A stretch of 34,988 nucleotides of DNA from Bdellovibrionales bacterium (lineage in GTDB: Bacteria > Bdellovibrionota > UBA1018 > CAIMNF01): NCBI GenBank assembly GCA_947457605.1, contig CANGWP010000001.1, positions 1 to 34,988 of the forward strand, given 5' to 3'. Positions 34,408-34,988 of this stretch are shown here, piece after piece; within the stretch, counting starts at the first letter, position 1, and each line of letters begins with the position of its first letter. The translations under genes and the position numbers were made by a program. The notes below the pieces were generated by a model. That model was not told where the DNA came from, made no database searches, and saw only the letters and a list, made by a program, of their open reading frames with translations.

Positions 34408-34988
34408 CACGCCTCCAGAGACTCCGCACAGTAATTTCAGTCTCCTCAGGGTATGAGGACAAAAACTCGATGCGTTTCACGGGTCCCCTCGCATCCGGAA
34501 GATCCCGAGGATCCATGATGCACTCAAATTTTCCGGGAGCAAAACTCTCAAGCCATCTCCAAGCAAGATCCATATCGGGAGTCGAATACAGAAATCCCTC
34601 GCGCTCATCCTTCGCCCAGGCCCGACCTTCTCGAAGCACGCGGAGAAGGGAAACCCTGTTTCCCGTCTTTGCTCCGCCCACTAGCTCTTTTGGCGCCAAA
34701 ACAGACCGGATCCAGGCCGAAGGAGTAACATCCTTCCCCACCGCCAAATTCAAAAAATGGGCCCCGAACTCTGCGCACCCGGATCCTTCGCCCCTTAAAA
34801 TTTTATGCCCGCCCCCATAATGATGGAAGCTTCCGTGTTTGAACCAGGAGTGAAGCTCTGAAAAAACCACCTCGGCCCGATCCGGGGAAAGGGGCACAAT
34901 CAAGGTCTTCAATCGATTGCGACTCCTCGCCCATTCGAGTTTCCGGAGGGAATCACGCCCGTCATCTACGGTCCCGGGAAAGTCAAAA
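34394..34988 (-). CDS. Hypothetical protein, 5'-partial (open to the window edge)
   Basis: The reading frame stays open from 34912 to 34988 (FDFPGTVDDGRDSLRKLEWARSRNRL precedes KTLIVPL), so the TTG at 34912 need not be the start. GSGCAEFGAHFLN after HHYGGGH might be a permuted papain-fold His...Cys pair, but this is speculative. Confidence 0.55.
   Translation of the reverse strand, partial: FDFPGTVDDGRDSLRKLEWARSRNRLKTLIVPLSPDRAEVVFSELHSWFKHGSFHHYGGGHKILRGEGSGCAEFGAHFLNLAVGKDVTPSAWIRSVLAPKELVGGAKTGNRVSLLRVLREGRAWAKDEREGFLYSTPDMDLAWRWLESFAPGKFECIMDPRDLPDARGPVKRIEFLSSYPEETEITVRSLWRRVSVT

Noticed and set aside
1-34988. A mobile element, prophage or genomic island
   Set aside because: I found no integrase, transposase, phage structural genes, tRNA attachment site or terminal inverted repeats. 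Composition looks uniform apart from short AT-rich promoter regions.

Overview
This is a gene-dense bacterial chromosomal segment with about 38 protein-coding genes on both strands. I found no rRNA or tRNA genes, no transposase or integrase, and no CRISPR array. Recognisable content falls into four groups. (1) Motility and chemosensing: motA-motB, a tightly packed cheA-cheW-cheR-cheB operon, and a separate cheY. (2) A c-di-GMP node: an HD-GYP phosphodiesterase next to cheY and a divergent PilZ protein. (3) Many exported hydrolases: an M14 carboxypeptidase, a trypsin-like protease, a DUF900 lipoprotein hydrolase, an HExxH protein, an M19-like dipeptidase and two paralogous Cys-hydrolase/transglutaminase-like proteins. 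(4) Housekeeping genes: lgt, tatA, hmgA, nth, a PaaI thioesterase, an acyltransferase plus SDR pair, and a family-5 solute-binding protein. The mix of exported hydrolases suggests a Bdellovibrio-like or other predatory deltaproteobacteria-type genome, but this is inference only. The most unusual items are listed here. (a) The che adaptation enzymes are rearranged: CheR is fused to a receiver plus a catalytically dead CheB-like domain, and the real CheB carries an extra, faintly CheD-like N-terminal domain; the operon has no MCP and no CheY. (b) A PilZ protein ends in a histone-H1-like Lys-rich tail and sits divergent from cheY plus a pseudo-receiver HD-GYP gene. (c) A roughly 330-nt highly structured leader ends in an intrinsic terminator immediately upstream of a CBS-domain gene. 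(d) A perfect 22-bp x 4.5 tandem repeat lies in a divergent promoter region. (e) A dipeptidase-like gene is interrupted by a single in-frame TAG. (f) Convergent gene pairs repeatedly abut or overlap, leaving no room for terminators. All domain calls come from reading motifs by eye; no database search was run.
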